Positions 41,868-53,048 of a DNA stretch of 64,000 nt are shown here, in pieces (the first letter of the stretch is position 1; each line of letters starts with the position of its first letter). The DNA is taken from positions 391,886 through 455,885 of the forward strand of contig CAVVWO010000002.1 in NCBI GenBank assembly GCA_963752075.1, read 5' to 3'. The position numbers and the translations under genes were made by a program. This DNA comes from an uncultured Acidimicrobiia bacterium. GTDB lineage: Bacteria > Actinomycetota > Acidimicrobiia > Spongiisociales > JAENVV01. The notes under the pieces were generated by a model, which was given only the letters and a program-made list of their open reading frames with translations, ran no database searches and had not been told where the DNA came from.

Positions 41868-42444
41868 ATGACATTGTTGGACGAATGGCTTTTGCAGGCA
41901 CCTGAGGACGAACTCACCCGCCACGGATGGCGGGTCGCCGAGATCGCCGGAATCCTCGCCACCCACATGGGTCTCTCGGGCGAGATGATCGCCCGGACCA
42001 CCCTGGCCGGGCGTGCTTCACGACGTCGGCAAACGAGGCCTGCCCACGACGATCCTCGACAAGCCCGCTCCGCTCGGCCCCGACGAGTGGCTCGTCATGA
42101 TGACCCACCCGGCTCGCGGCTACTCGATGGTGATGGACAAGGTCCACCCCGACATCGCCGAAGCGGTCCGCAGCCACCACGAACGCTACGACGGCTGCGG
42201 ATACCCGCGGGGCCTGGCCGGCGAAGAGATCCCCCTGTCGGCCCGAGTGCTGCTGGTGGCGGATGCCTTCGACGCCATGACGAGTGACCGCCCTTACCAG
42301 GGTCCGTTGTCGACCGAGGCGGCCCTGGACGAACTCCGAGCCCACGCCGGCAGCCAGTTCGACCCGGGGGTGGTGGCCGCCATGCTGGACCTGACCAGCC
42401 GCGTCCACCTCGCTCGCCGCCTAGAGCATTCTCGATCACCCTGA
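41868..42444 (+). CDS. stand-alone HD-GYP-type HD-domain phosphohydrolase; one frameshift
   Basis: ...LLHDVGKRGLPTTILDKPAPLGPDEWLVMMTHPARGYSMV...AVRSHHERYDGCGYPRGLAGEEIPLSARVLLVADAFDAMTSDRPYQ (HD...HHExxDGxGYP). Confidence 0.65.
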
Positions 42445-42493
42445 CGACTCCTCGCCCTCCACGCGAGCGACCCAGGCGTACAGGCGTTCTACA

Positions 42494-45400
42494 GTGGCCG
42501 TATGCAGCCGCTCGAACCGTTCAGCCCGGCCACCCGCGCCTGGTTCGAATCCTCTTTCGCGCCCCCACGCCGCCCAGGTCGAGGGTTGGGCTGCCATCGC
42601 ACAGCGGCCAGCACGCTCTGATCCATGCGCCGACCGGATCCGGCAAGACGCTGGCCGCCTTCCTGTGGACGCTCGATCGGCTCATGCACGAGCCGCTTCC
42701 CGAGCCCGCCCAACGGTGCCGGGTGCTCTACGTCTCGCCGCTCAAGGCACTCGCCTACGACGTCGACCGAAACCTGCGCGCCCCGCTGGCCGGAATCCGG
42801 CATGCCGCCGAGCGCCTCGGACTCGAGGCGGTCCCGCCCATCACCACGGCCCTCCGGACCGGTGACACACCGCCCGATGAGCGCCGCCGGATGCATCGCC
42901 GGCCACCCGACATCCTCATCACCACACCCGAATCGCTCTACCTGATCGCCACGTCGCAGGTCCGAGAGATGTTCGGCTCGGTCGAGTACGTCATCCTCGA
43001 CGAGGTCCACGCCGTGGCCGGTACCAAGCGAGGTGCCCACCTCGCCCTGACGCTGGAGCGACTCGAGGAACTCACCGAACGACCGCCTCAGCGGATCGGC
43101 CTGTCGGCCACCCAACGACCACTCGACACGATCGCCCGGTTTCTGGGCGGCGGCACCGTCGACGGCGACGTCGTGGACGCCCCGGCCGGTGACCATCATC
43201 GACATCGTCGGAGACAAGGATCTGGATATCGACATCGTGGTTCCCGTCGAGGACATGACCGCCCCCGTCGAGGCCGACTTCGACCCGCTCGGAGACGAAC
43301 CACCGAGTCGGTCGATCTGGCCGGCCGTCTATCCCGAACTCCTCGACCGGATCCGCGCCCACACCTCGACCATCGTCTTCGCCAACAGCCGCCGGCTCGC
43401 CGAGCGGATCTCCGGTGAACTGAACACCCTGGCGGGTGAGCCGATCAGTCGAGCCCACCACGGATCGGTGGCTCGAGAGCAACGGATCGAGATCGAGGAA
43501 GGCCTCAAGAGAGGCGAGCTGCCGTGCGTGGTGGCCACCTCGTCGCTCGAGCTGGGCATCGACATGGGCGCCGTCGACCTCGTGATCCAGGTCGAAGCCC
43601 CGTCGACGGTGGCGTCGGGTCTCCAGCGGGTCGGTCGCGCCGGACACCAGGTGGGGCGCGCCGAGCCGTGCCACGGTCTTCCCCAAGTACCGAGGCGACC
43701 TCCTCGTCGCCACCGTGGTGGTCGACCGCATGCTGCAACGAGCCGTCGAGCAGACCAAGCTTCCCCGCAATCCTCTCGACGTCCTCGCCCAGCAGACTCG
43801 TGGCGATGACCTCGATGGATACCTGGTCGGTGGACGATCTCTGGAAGGTGGTCCGCCGAGCCGCCCCCTACGCGGAGCTGGGACGAGGTCCTTTCGAGGC
43901 GACCCTCGACATGCTGGCCGGCCGCTACCCGTCGGATCTGTTCTCCGAGCTGCGACCCCGGCTCGTGTGGGACCGGGTCGAGAACACGGTCACGGGACGC
44001 CCGGGCGCCCAGCAACTGGCCGTCCAGAACCCCGGCACCATCCCGGACCGCGGCCTGTATTCGGTCAATCTCCCCGAAGGCGCCAAGGTCGGTGAACTGG
44101 ACGAGGAGATGGTCTACGAATCGCGACCCGGCGACGTGTTCGTCCTCGGGACCACCACCTGGAGGATCACCGACATCACGCCCGATCGGGTCGAGGTCGT
44201 GCCCGCCCCCGGCGAGCCAGGCGCCAAGATGCCCTTCTGGCACGGCGACCTGCGTCGGGAGACCGCTCGAGACCGGTCGAGCTCTGGGTCGCTTCACCCG
44301 CCGGCTCGTCCGAGCTCGAACCGGATGCCGCGCTCGCCATGCCTCGCAAGACGAGTTCCATCTCGATCCCGCGCGCCGCCCGGAATCTGGTCGCCTATGT
44401 CGAGGAGGAACGTGCCGGCCGTCGGGTCGGTTCCCGACCGACATCACGCTGATCGTGGAGCGCTTCCGAGACGAGATCGGCGACTGGCGGCTCGTGCTGC
44501 TCTCTCCGCTCGGAGCCCGGGTCCATGCTCCGTGGGCTCTCGCCCTCCAGCATCGGTTTCGCGATCGCTTCGGACACGATGTCAACGTCATCTGGGCGGA
44601 CGACGGGATCGCCTTCCGCTTCGCCGATTGGACGATCCGCCCGTCCGTCGACGATCTCCTCGTCGATCCCGAGGAGGTCGAATCGCTCCTCATGGACCAG
44701 CTCCCCGACTCGGCCCTGTTCGCGGCCCGGTTCCGAGAGGCGGCCGCTCGAGCCCTCCTGCTCCCCCGGCGTCGACCCGGCCGTCGAACCCCACTGTGGC
44801 TCCAACGCCGCCGCTCCGCCGACCTCTTGGGCGTTGCCAAGCAGTTCGGGTCGTTCCCCATCATGTTGGAGACCTTCCGGGAGATCCTGCAGGACGACTT
44901 CGACCTCCCCGCCCTCGTCGAGGTGCTCGGCGACATCCGGGCCCGGCGAATCCGGGTGATCGACGTCGACCTCGACCAACCCAGCCCCTTCGCCACCTCG
45001 CTGCTCTTCTCGTTCGTGGCCGCCTATCTCTACGAAGGCGACACCCCGCTGGCCGAGCGCCGGGCGGCTGCCCTCACCCTGGACCGGGAGCTCCTCCGCG
45101 AACTGCTCGGCGAAGGCGAGCTGCGCGAGCTGCTCTCCGAGGACGCCATCGCCTCCATCGAACTCGAACTCCAGTGGCTGGCCGACGATCGGCGGGCGCG
45201 GTCCGCCGAGGGCGTCGCGGACATGCTCCGGACCCTCGGGCCGCTCTCCACCGACGATGTCGACGTCCGAAGCGAAGGAGATGGCGCAGCCTGGCTCGAG
45301 GAACTCCAGAACGTCGCGGCGGGTGGTGGAGGTCACCTGGGCGGGCTCGCCACGATGGGCTGTCATCGAGGACATCGCTCGGCTCAGGGACGCCCTCGGT

Positions 45401-46914
45401 GTTCAGCCGCCGGCCGGCGATGCCCCATACGCTCCTCGAACCGGTGGACGACCCGCTGGGCGACGTGATCGGCCGATACGCCCGCACCCACGGACCGTTC
45501 GACGAGGCCCAGTGCGCGGCCGCTCTCGGCCTCCCACCGGCCGTGGTCACCACCACCCTCGACCGTCTCGCCGAGGCGGGCCGGGTCGTGCGAGGTGCCT
45601 TTCGGCCAGGGGGCGTCGGTCACGAGTGGGTCGACACCGAGGTTCTGCGACGGCTCAAACGTCGCTCGCTGGCTGAGCTCCGCAAGGAGATCGAACCGGT
45701 CGACGCAGCCGCCTACGCCCGGTTCACGACCGCCTGGCACGGCCTCGATTGGGCCCGGCCCCGACGGGGCATCGCCGCCCTCACCGATGTCGTCCGCCAG
45801 CTCCAGGGGAGTGCCATCCCCGCCTCGGTCCTGGAGACCGACGTGCTGGCGGGACGAATGGAGTACTCGCCCGAGTGGCTCGATCAACTCATGGCGTCGG
45901 GCGAGGTCGTCTGGGCGGGGCGCGGGCCCGCTCGGTCCGCGCGATGGCCGAGTCGCCCTCTACTTCCGCGATTCGTTCGACCTGCTGGCCGTTCCCGCCG
46001 TCGGCCGAAGCTCCGTCGGCATCCTCCACGACGCCCTCCGAGATCGACTCGCCGAGCGAGGCGCCTCGTTCTTCGCCGACCTCTACGAGGCGGCCGGCGG
46101 CGGAGACCCGGCCGAGGCGCTCGACTGCGCTTTGGGATCTGGTGTGGGCCGGCGAGGTGACCAACGACACCCTCGGTCCGGTGCGCGCCATGCTCGGGAG
46201 TCGGCGCCGTTCCAAGCCGCGCGTCGCCGACCGAGCCTTTCGCTCGCGCTTCCCCCCGACGGCTGCCGGGCGATGGTCACTCACAGACGACCTCCGCATC
46301 CGGCGCGACCTCAGCGACCGAGCAAGCCACCGCCTGGGCCGAGCAAACCCTGGAACGCCACGGCGTCGTGACCAGGCTGGGGGTGGCTTCGGAAGGGATC
46401 CCCGGTGCCTTTTCGTCGCTCTACCCCGTCCTCGCTCGTCTCGAGGAGACCGGACGGGTCCGACGGGGCTACTTCGTCGAAGGCCTCGGAGGAGCCCAGT
46501 TCGCGCTCCCGGGTGCGGTCGACCGGCTGCGGACCGACGGAGGTGACGAGGCGGTCCTGCTGGCCGCCACGGATCCCGCCAACCCCTACGGGGCCGCCCT
46601 GCCGTGGCCCGAGGTTCCGACGGTCGACCGTCGCGGACCGCGGGAGCGTACGTCGTTATCGTTGGTGGCCGACCCGATGCTCTTCGTAGAACGAGGCGGC
46701 AAGCGGGTCCTCGCCTTCACGGACGATGCCCAGACAACTCGCGCAAGGCGGCCGCCCGGTTGGCGAGATCGGTCGGCGGCGCGGGAAGCTCACGGTCGAG
46801 ACGATCAATGGCGAGCCGGTCAGCAGAACGCCCCTGGCATCGACGCTGGTCGAATCCGGGTTCGTGCTGGGCCCCAAGGGGCTCGTGTTTCGACGCGTGA
46901 CGATCTGCACCTAA
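42494..46914 (+). CDS. lhr: large helicase-related protein Lhr (superfamily 2 DEAH helicase with a long C-terminal domain); many frame disruptions
   Basis: MQPLEPFSPATRAWFESSFAPPTPAQVEGWAAIAQ..ALIHAPTGSGKTLAAFLWTLDRL...VLYVSPLKALAYDVDRNL...VILDEVHAVAGTKRGAHLALTLERL...TIVFANSRRLAERIS...HHGSVAREQRIEIEEGLKRGELPCVVATSSLELGIDMGAVDLVIQVEAPSTVASGLQRVGRAGH...; the length is about 1,470 aa. Confidence 0.8.
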
Positions 46915-46923
46915 CCTGTCGGC

Positions 46924-47750
46924 ATGCCCGAGGGCGACACCATCTACCGGGCGGCCCAGCGGGTCCGCACGGCGCATCGAGGGACAGACGATCGTCGGTG
47001 TGGACGGTTCCGACCCCGGTCTCCGAGCTGCGTCCGGACGACTCCTCGGCTCCCAGGTGGTCACCGTGAAGAGCTACGGGAAGCATCTCCTCATCTACAC
47101 CGATATCGGTCTCGGCATCCGCACCCACCTGGGAATGCCCGGGCGTGTGGAGAGTCTATCGGCCGGGTCAGCGCGTGGCACGAACCGACCGGGGCGGCCA
47201 GGGTCGTCATCCGGGTGGAGGGCGCCGAGGCGGTCTGCTTCTCGGCGCCCGACGTCGAGGTGGACCGGATTGCTCGGACTCGAAGCGGGTCTGGCCGAAT
47301 GGGGGCCCGACCTGGCCGACCCGGAGTTCGATCTGGCCGAGGCGATCCGCCGGGCTCCGCCTCCTCCCCGCGACCGCACGGCAGCCGACCTGATCCTCGA
47401 TCAGCGGGTGGCTGCCGGCGCCGGCAATGTCTACAAGAGCGAAGTCCTCTTCCTCGAGCGGGTCCACCCCGAACCGACTCGGTGCCGGACCTCGGGCGAC
47501 GGCGTCCGGCGCATCCTTGGCCGTCGCCCACCAGCTTCTCCGGCTCAACCTGGATCGGGCCGTCCGGGTGACAACGGCCGATTCCAGACGTGGCCACGAG
47601 CTGTGGGTGTACGGCCGGGCAGGGCGGCCGTGCCGCCGGTGCGGAACCGCCATCGAGACGGATCGGCGCGGCGACCACGATCGCCAGACGTTCTGGTGCC
47701 CGAGCTGTCAGCCGATCACGATCCCAGCGAACGGAGCTGATCGAAGCTGA
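46924..47750 (+). CDS. nei: Fpg/Nei-family DNA glycosylase (endonuclease VIII-like, Nei2-like); frameshifted
   Basis: [14 protein letters not shown]...IVGVDGSDP...[22 protein letters not shown]...[27 protein letters not shown]... C-terminal zinc finger [30 protein letters not shown]. Confidence 0.7.
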
Positions 47751-48011
47751 AGATCCCCGTCCGGTGGCCGTCGGGCGCGAAACGTGAAGTTGATCCCGTA
47801 GCTGCCCACCAGTTTGGCGTCGGCGATCGTGACCAACATCGGGGCCACCAGGCGGAGGGTCGACCTGCGTTCCTCGGCGGCGGTTCGGCAGTCGGCGCAC
47901 GAACAGGCATCGCGTGAGTTGTTGGGCTGTCAGCGTTTGCGAGACTCCGTCATCCCATGTGATGGTGAGTACACCACCGTCTTCGAGTTCGAGCTTGGTC
48001 GGGGTCTCCAT
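47716..48011 (-). CDS. DUF971 (gamma-butyrobetaine-hydroxylase-like N-terminal domain) small protein; one frameshift
   Basis: [35 protein letters not shown]... C-terminus ...[21 protein letters not shown]. Confidence 0.5.
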
Positions 48012-48073
48012 GGTGAACCAGCGTACCGTGGTGAAATGGACGGTGTGGCGGCCGGCACCTCTAGCCTGGTGGC

Positions 48074-49287
48074 ATGCCTGATCTGGTCATCCGCCCCGGA
48101 CATCCCGATTTCCTCGATCTTCCCTGGGACACGCCCCTCGAAGATTGGCGCATCACGATCGGATCGTCGAGCTCCCCAAGGGAATCTCGCGCCATGTGGT
48201 CCGGTTTGTGTGCTACCCGGAGGGCATCTACGCCATCAAGGAACTGGCGGCACGGCCCGCCCAGCGCGACTACGACGTTCTGCGGCAGCTCGAGACCGAC
48301 CGCCGTGCCGGTCGTCGAAGCGGTCGGCCTGGTTGGTGATCGATCGACCGACCGACACAGTCAGGATTCGGCCGCACTGATCACCGCCTACGAAGATCAC
48401 TCGTTTCTCCTACCGGGAACTCCTCGAGGGACCGGACTTCGGTCAGCGTCGCGACAAGATGATGGACGCCCTGGCGGGACTCCTCGTCGACTTGCACCTG
48501 GCCGGCTGCTTCTGGGGCGACTGCTCGCTGTCGAATGTGCTCTACCGCTGGGACGCCGAGGGTCTCGACGCGGTGATGGTCGACGCCGAGACCGCCGAGA
48601 TCCACGAACAATCTGACCGACGGGCAACGAGAGGAAGATCTCCAGATCATGGTCGTCAACGTGGCCGGCGGCATGGCCGATATCGCGGCGGCCGCAGGTC
48701 GAAGCCTCGACGACGCCGACCTCTTTCTCGGTGAGGACATCATGGCGCGATACGAGGCGTTGTGGGACGAACTCGTCCACGAAGAGGTGATACCGCACGA
48801 GGAGGGCTATCGGATCACCGAACGGGTCGCCCGTCTCAACGAGCTTGGTTTCGATGTCGACGAGATCGATCTGGTTTCCGGCGAGGAGGGCAACACCCTT
48901 CGGATCCGGGTGAAAGTCGGAGGGCGAAGCTTCCACACCGAACGTCTCCGATCACTGACAGGCGTCGAAGCACTCGACCGCCAGGCGCGCCAGATCCTGT
49001 CCGATCTGTACTACTTCCAGGCCAAGCGAGGCGCCGAGTCACCTACCAACAAGTCGGTGACGGCTGTTCAATGGAGGATCGGAGTGTTCGAGCCGATGCT
49101 GGATCGACTGTCGTCGATCGGGACCGACGCCAACCCGGTGCAGCTGTATTGCGACCTGCTCCACCACCGCTACCTCAGGTCCGCAGAGCTCGGCCACGAT
49201 CTCGGCACCGAAGCTGCCTTCGACTCCTGGATGGCCGCCGGACGACCGGGGTTCTTGCCGACGAAACAGGAAGCGTCGCAAGCCTGA
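48074..49287 (+). CDS. DUF4032 domain protein (distantly Kdo/lipopolysaccharide-kinase-like); frame disruptions in the N-terminal half
   Basis: MPDLVIRPGHPDFLDLPWDTPLEDW...RIVELPKGISRHVVRFVCYPEGIYAIKELAARPAQRDYDVLRQLE...MMDALAGLLVDLHLAGCFWGDCSLSNVLYRWDAEGLDAVMVDAETAEIHE... then the clean 212-aa tail. Confidence 0.55.
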
Positions 49288-49371
49288 ACCAGACCCAGGT
49301 CAGGCCCGAATCATATACTGGCAGAGGGGTTCCGCCGATGGGCAAGAGGTAGGAATGAAGACCGGAACGGG

Positions 49372-50034
49372 ATGAGTCATCCAGGGAACACGCCCGATCG
49401 CGCCAGACGGCTTCGTTGGGATGGTGTCCGCATCGTCGTCGCCTCTGCGCTCTTTGTCCTGTCGGGGGCACTCGCCACCACCCCACCGCCAGTGTGGGAG
49501 GAGTCGCTGTTTCGGTTCGTCAACGAGCTGCCCCGCCAACTCGAATACCTACTCCTGCCTGTCCAACAAACTGGAATGGTCTTGGCGTTGCCGGTCGGCG
49601 CGTTGTTTCTCTGGTGGGTGATCCGGGAGTGGAGATCTCCAACCGGACTGCTCGTCGGGGGCCTTGCTTTCGGGTGGGGGGCAGCCAAACTCGTCAAGGA
49701 GTTCGTGGGACGAGAGAGGCCCAGCGCCTTCTACGACCCAATCCAGCTCGGCATCGATGCCCCAACTGTCGGGCTCGGGTTCCCCTCTGGCCACGCCGTG
49801 GTCGCATTCACGCTCGCAACCGTTCTCTCGCCTTACCTATCGAGGTGGCAGCGATGGTTGGTCTACGGACTGGCCCTGGCCACGTGTGTCGCCCGGGTGT
49901 TCAACGGCGCGCACCTGCCGCTCGACGTGACGGGCGGCGCTCTGTTCGGAACGCTGGTTGGATCCTCCATCAATCTGGTGATGGGCATCAACCGAGACCG
50001 GGCCACCATGAGTCTCCCTCCCGAAAGCAGTTGA
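49372..50034 (+). CDS. PAP2-superfamily phosphatase (phosphatidic acid / undecaprenyl-diphosphate phosphatase type), paralogue 1
   Basis: Clean ORF: KLVKEFVGRERPS...GFPSGHAVVAFTLATV...ARVFNGAHLPLDVTGGALFG. These are the PAP2 motifs KxxxxxxRP, PSGH and SRxxxxxHxxxD. Confidence 0.7.
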   Translation: MSHPGNTPDRARRLRWDGVRIVVASALFVLSGALATTPPPVWEESLFRFVNELPRQLEYLLLPVQQTGMVLALPVGALFLWWVIREWRSPTGLLVGGLAFGWGAAKLVKEFVGRERPSAFYDPIQLGIDAPTVGLGFPSGHAVVAFTLATVLSPYLSRWQRWLVYGLALATCVARVFNGAHLPLDVTGGALFGTLVGSSINLVMGINRDRATMSLPPESS

Positions 50035-50132
50035 CCTGCCGGGACTCCGGTTCTGCAAGATCACGAGGAGTACCGTAGAAGAAGGTTCTTGGGACCTCGG
50101 ACGCCCCGAACGGACAGGCGGGAGAGAATCGG

Positions 50133-51236
50133 ATGAACGCTTCGGACCAGGACGCTCCGACTTCCGGCATTTCATCGAAGCGGGTTCTCCAGGGTGCGGT
50201 CTCGCTGGCATTGGTCGCCGCCATCTTCCTCGGAGTCATGCCCCGCATTGCCAGCTATTCCGACGTTTGGGCGACGATGCAGGCGATGACCTGGTTGGAG
50301 ATCACCACCTTGCTGGCCGTCGGACTCTGGAACCTCGTCACCTATTGGTTTGTTCTCGTTGCAGCCCTTCCGAGCCTCACTTATCCGCAAGCCGCAGTAT
50401 CCAACCAAGCCTCGACGGCGGTCTCCAACACGGTTCCCGGGGGTGGCGCATTGGGTGTCGGGGTGACCTACGCCATGTACTCCTCATGGGGAATCAGCGG
50501 GGAGGATACGGCTCGATCGGTGGTGGTCTCGGGGGTCTGGAACAACTTCATCAAGCTCGGCCTGCCGGTCGTCGCGCTGGCGTTGTTGGCGATCACCGGT
50601 GATGTCAGTGCCGCTCTTCTGACCGCCTCGCTGGTTGGAGTGGCGGTGTTGGTGGGAGCGATCGTCGCCTTTGGCTTGACGCTCCGCAGCGACCGACTGG
50701 CAGCCCGAGTAGGGGGAGCATTGGGACGAATGGCTTCCACCCTTCGCAGGTTGGTACGTAAACCCCCGATCGAAGGTCTCGACGAGGCAGCCGTGCGCTT
50801 CCGGGGACGCACCGCCGAGTTCCTCCACAAACGGTGGCCTCGTTTGACCGTCACCTCGATCGTGAGCCATCTTTCCCTCTATGCCGTCCTCTTGTTGGCG
50901 TTGCGCCATGTGGGCGTCTCTGATGAGGAGGTGAGCTGGATCGCCGTGCTCGCAGCATTCGCATTCGTACGGTTGATCTCGGCCCTTCCCATCACGCCCG
51001 GAGGCCTCGGCGTGGTCGAACTCGGCTATGCGGCTGCCTTGTCGATCGGTATGGATGAGGCGACAAGGGCACAGATCGTGGCGGCCGTTTTGGTATTTCG
51101 GTTCATCACCTACTTCCTGCCGATCCCGCTGGGCACGATGTCGTATCTGTTTTGGCGCCGGAATCGCAGCTGGCGAAAGGAAGAGCCGGAAGCAGCGCTT
51201 CTCGAGCCTTCCCAATCCGGGGACTCCCCTACGTGA
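50133..51236 (+). CDS. UPF0104 / lysyl-phosphatidylglycerol-synthase-TM-region-like (flippase-like) integral membrane protein
   Basis: Clean 367-aa ORF with about 8 TM helices, ...PITPGGLGVVELGYAAALSIGMDEATRAQIVAAVLVFRFITYF...; this is typical of the MprF flippase-like domain family. Confidence 0.6.
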   Translation: MNASDQDAPTSGISSKRVLQGAVSLALVAAIFLGVMPRIASYSDVWATMQAMTWLEITTLLAVGLWNLVTYWFVLVAALPSLTYPQAAVSNQASTAVSNTVPGGGALGVGVTYAMYSSWGISGEDTARSVVVSGVWNNFIKLGLPVVALALLAITGDVSAALLTASLVGVAVLVGAIVAFGLTLRSDRLAARVGGALGRMASTLRRLVRKPPIEGLDEAAVRFRGRTAEFLHKRWPRLTVTSIVSHLSLYAVLLLALRHVGVSDEEVSWIAVLAAFAFVRLISALPITPGGLGVVELGYAAALSIGMDEATRAQIVAAVLVFRFITYFLPIPLGTMSYLFWRRNRSWRKEEPEAALLEPSQSGDSPT

Positions 51237-51291
51237 GGCCACGGGCGTCGAGGGCGTTTCCTGGCCCACCCCGTAACCCAACGGTGAACAG

Positions 51292-52140
51292 CTAGCCGGC
51301 GCCTACGTCGAAACCCTCGGCCTCCGCCAAACGCCTCAGCTCGAAGGCTGGAAAGAATCCCAAAGCATCGCCCGCATCGGCGGCAACCGTCTCCGCCAGC
51401 CTCCCCTCGGCATCGAATTCGTAGGTGATGCAACCACCATCGAATGTGAAGTACCAATGGCCCCGATAGAAGACTTCAGGCACTCGATCCTCGATCAGTT
51501 CCAGTGCGTCTTCCGGCTCAATCCCGCGTGCGCTCAGGTCGGTTTCGTTGCTGCGAAGCTCGACCGTACCTTCCTCTGCGTCGAGTTCGTCGATGATCCA
51601 CACGTAGTGGTCGCGCATCAGCGCCAGGTTGACTCGCGAAATGACCGGCTGATCCAATCGCTCGTCGATGGTGAAGTTGATCGGCCGGTCCTCGAGCTCT
51701 ACACCTGCGAACCGCTCGACGAGCGGGCCGGACATCAACAACGGCTGTCGTCCCGCTGGAACTATGGTGATCTCGATTTCGGCGAGCTGGTAGTCGACTG
51801 CTTCATACCTTTCAATGTCTGGATATCCCGATTCGACAACCGTGGCATCGGACACGTCACACTTCTCCGTGACCGTGACTATCAAGAACGGTTCTAGCGA
51901 CCGGGCTATGGCGATGCTTGCCTGCCCGTCTCGCGCCTCCCAATCCACCGAGTCCCAGCCCAACCGCAGTTCGTTGATACAGGGGGTGTACTTGGCTGTC
52001 GGCACCGCTTGAACGGTCAACACATTGGCCGATGAAATGCCACGATCCGGTGGGGTGCAGTCGGGCTCGCCGAGGCCCAGGTTCGAGCAGGCACCGAATC
52101 CGATCATCAGGAAGAGTGGGAGGACAGATCGACGTTTCAT
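51292..52140 (-). CDS. hypothetical lipoprotein
   Basis: Clean ORF; MKRRSVLPLFLMIGFGACSNLG (lipobox). Its ATGA start overlaps the stop of the upstream kinase-like gene. Confidence 0.55.
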   Translation of the reverse strand: MKRRSVLPLFLMIGFGACSNLGLGEPDCTPPDRGISSANVLTVQAVPTAKYTPCINELRLGWDSVDWEARDGQASIAIARSLEPFLIVTVTEKCDVSDATVVESGYPDIERYEAVDYQLAEIEITIVPAGRQPLLMSGPLVERFAGVELEDRPINFTIDERLDQPVISRVNLALMRDHYVWIIDELDAEEGTVELRSNETDLSARGIEPEDALELIEDRVPEVFYRGHWYFTFDGGCITYEFDAEGRLAETVAADAGDALGFFPAFELRRLAEAEGFDVGAG

Positions 52141-53036
52141 AGTATTCCGGTTCCTGAGATCTCGTTCACGATCTGGGCGACAACGAAGAGCAAGAGAAGC
52201 ACAGCCGCAATGGCCAGCCTCAGCCGCCGATGACTCCAACGCTGAATCGAAATCGGCTCCGCCGGTGGCGCCAGCCCTCGGAACTCCTCCACCAGGTCGA
52301 TACCGCGCTCCTTCTTGAAGAGAGCGAGCGAGCTGCGTGACTGGGAGGGCAGAGTGACGCTCCGGGTGGCTGCAAATGCCTCTGCAATGTCTTGTGGGGC
52401 AAACTTGAGCAACGCTCGCTCGTACACTCGTTCTGCGCTCGTCCGGAGGCCGAGGATCACCATCATGTTGGCGAGGTCAACGGCCTGGCGCCAGGGACTC
52501 GGGCGGACGGTGCCGAACGCCACATCGATCAGGACGACGTGGCCATCATCCAACATGACGTTGGCGGGCTTGACATCCCGGTGCGCCAATCCAGCGTCCC
52601 ACATGCAGCGGATCACGTCGAGGGCTTCGTCGATGATGGCGTCGTCGATCTCGGCGTTGGTCAGTTCCTCGGAATCCTCCAGGAACTCGGTCACGATCAG
52701 GTACTCGCGTTCGGGGTCGAGTTCGACGATTCCGAACGGCTCGGCGCAGGGAACACCGGCATCGCGCATCAAACGCTCGATGTAGTCCTCGTACTCGACC
52801 AAGCGACGCACCGAAGCGAATCGGACCTCGTCTTCGAGCGACCCATAGAGGATCGTGCGTCCCACCTTGTACCACCGGTCGGAACGAAGATGGGTCTGGC
52901 TGTACAGCTTGGCGAAGACGTACTGATCGGGATCGCCGGCCACCTTGAGGCGGAGATGGTGTCGATCCGCCTGATCCCTCCAGACCGAAAGGCTTGATCT
53001 CGAGGACCTCCAGGCCCGAGCTGCTCGCCGACGCAA
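52137..53036 (-). CDS. Hanks-type protein-kinase-like protein with a C-terminal TM anchor
   Basis: Clean ORF; ...GLAHRDVKPANVMLDDGHVVLIDVAFG... (an HRDxKPxN catalytic loop and a DFG-like motif); the C-terminus LRLAIAAVLLLLFVVAQIV is a TM helix. Confidence 0.6.
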   Translation of the reverse strand: MRRRAARAWRSSRSSLSVWRDQADRHHLRLKVAGDPDQYVFAKLYSQTHLRSDRWYKVGRTILYGSLEDEVRFASVRRLVEYEDYIERLMRDAGVPCAEPFGIVELDPEREYLIVTEFLEDSEELTNAEIDDAIIDEALDVIRCMWDAGLAHRDVKPANVMLDDGHVVLIDVAFGTVRPSPWRQAVDLANMMVILGLRTSAERVYERALLKFAPQDIAEAFAATRSVTLPSQSRSSLALFKKERGIDLVEEFRGLAPPAEPISIQRWSHRRLRLAIAAVLLLLFVVAQIVNEISGTGIL

Positions 53037-53048
53037 TGGCGGATGGCC

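Noticed and set aside
41711-41868. Search for a LexA/SOS box or Cheo box upstream of the HD-lhr-nei2 operon
   Set aside because: I found no TCGAAC-N4-GTTCGA or similar palindrome. The GGTCACTCAGCCGACCAAGATG stretch only loosely resembles the mycobacterial RecA-NDp/PafBC motif, which is too weak to call.
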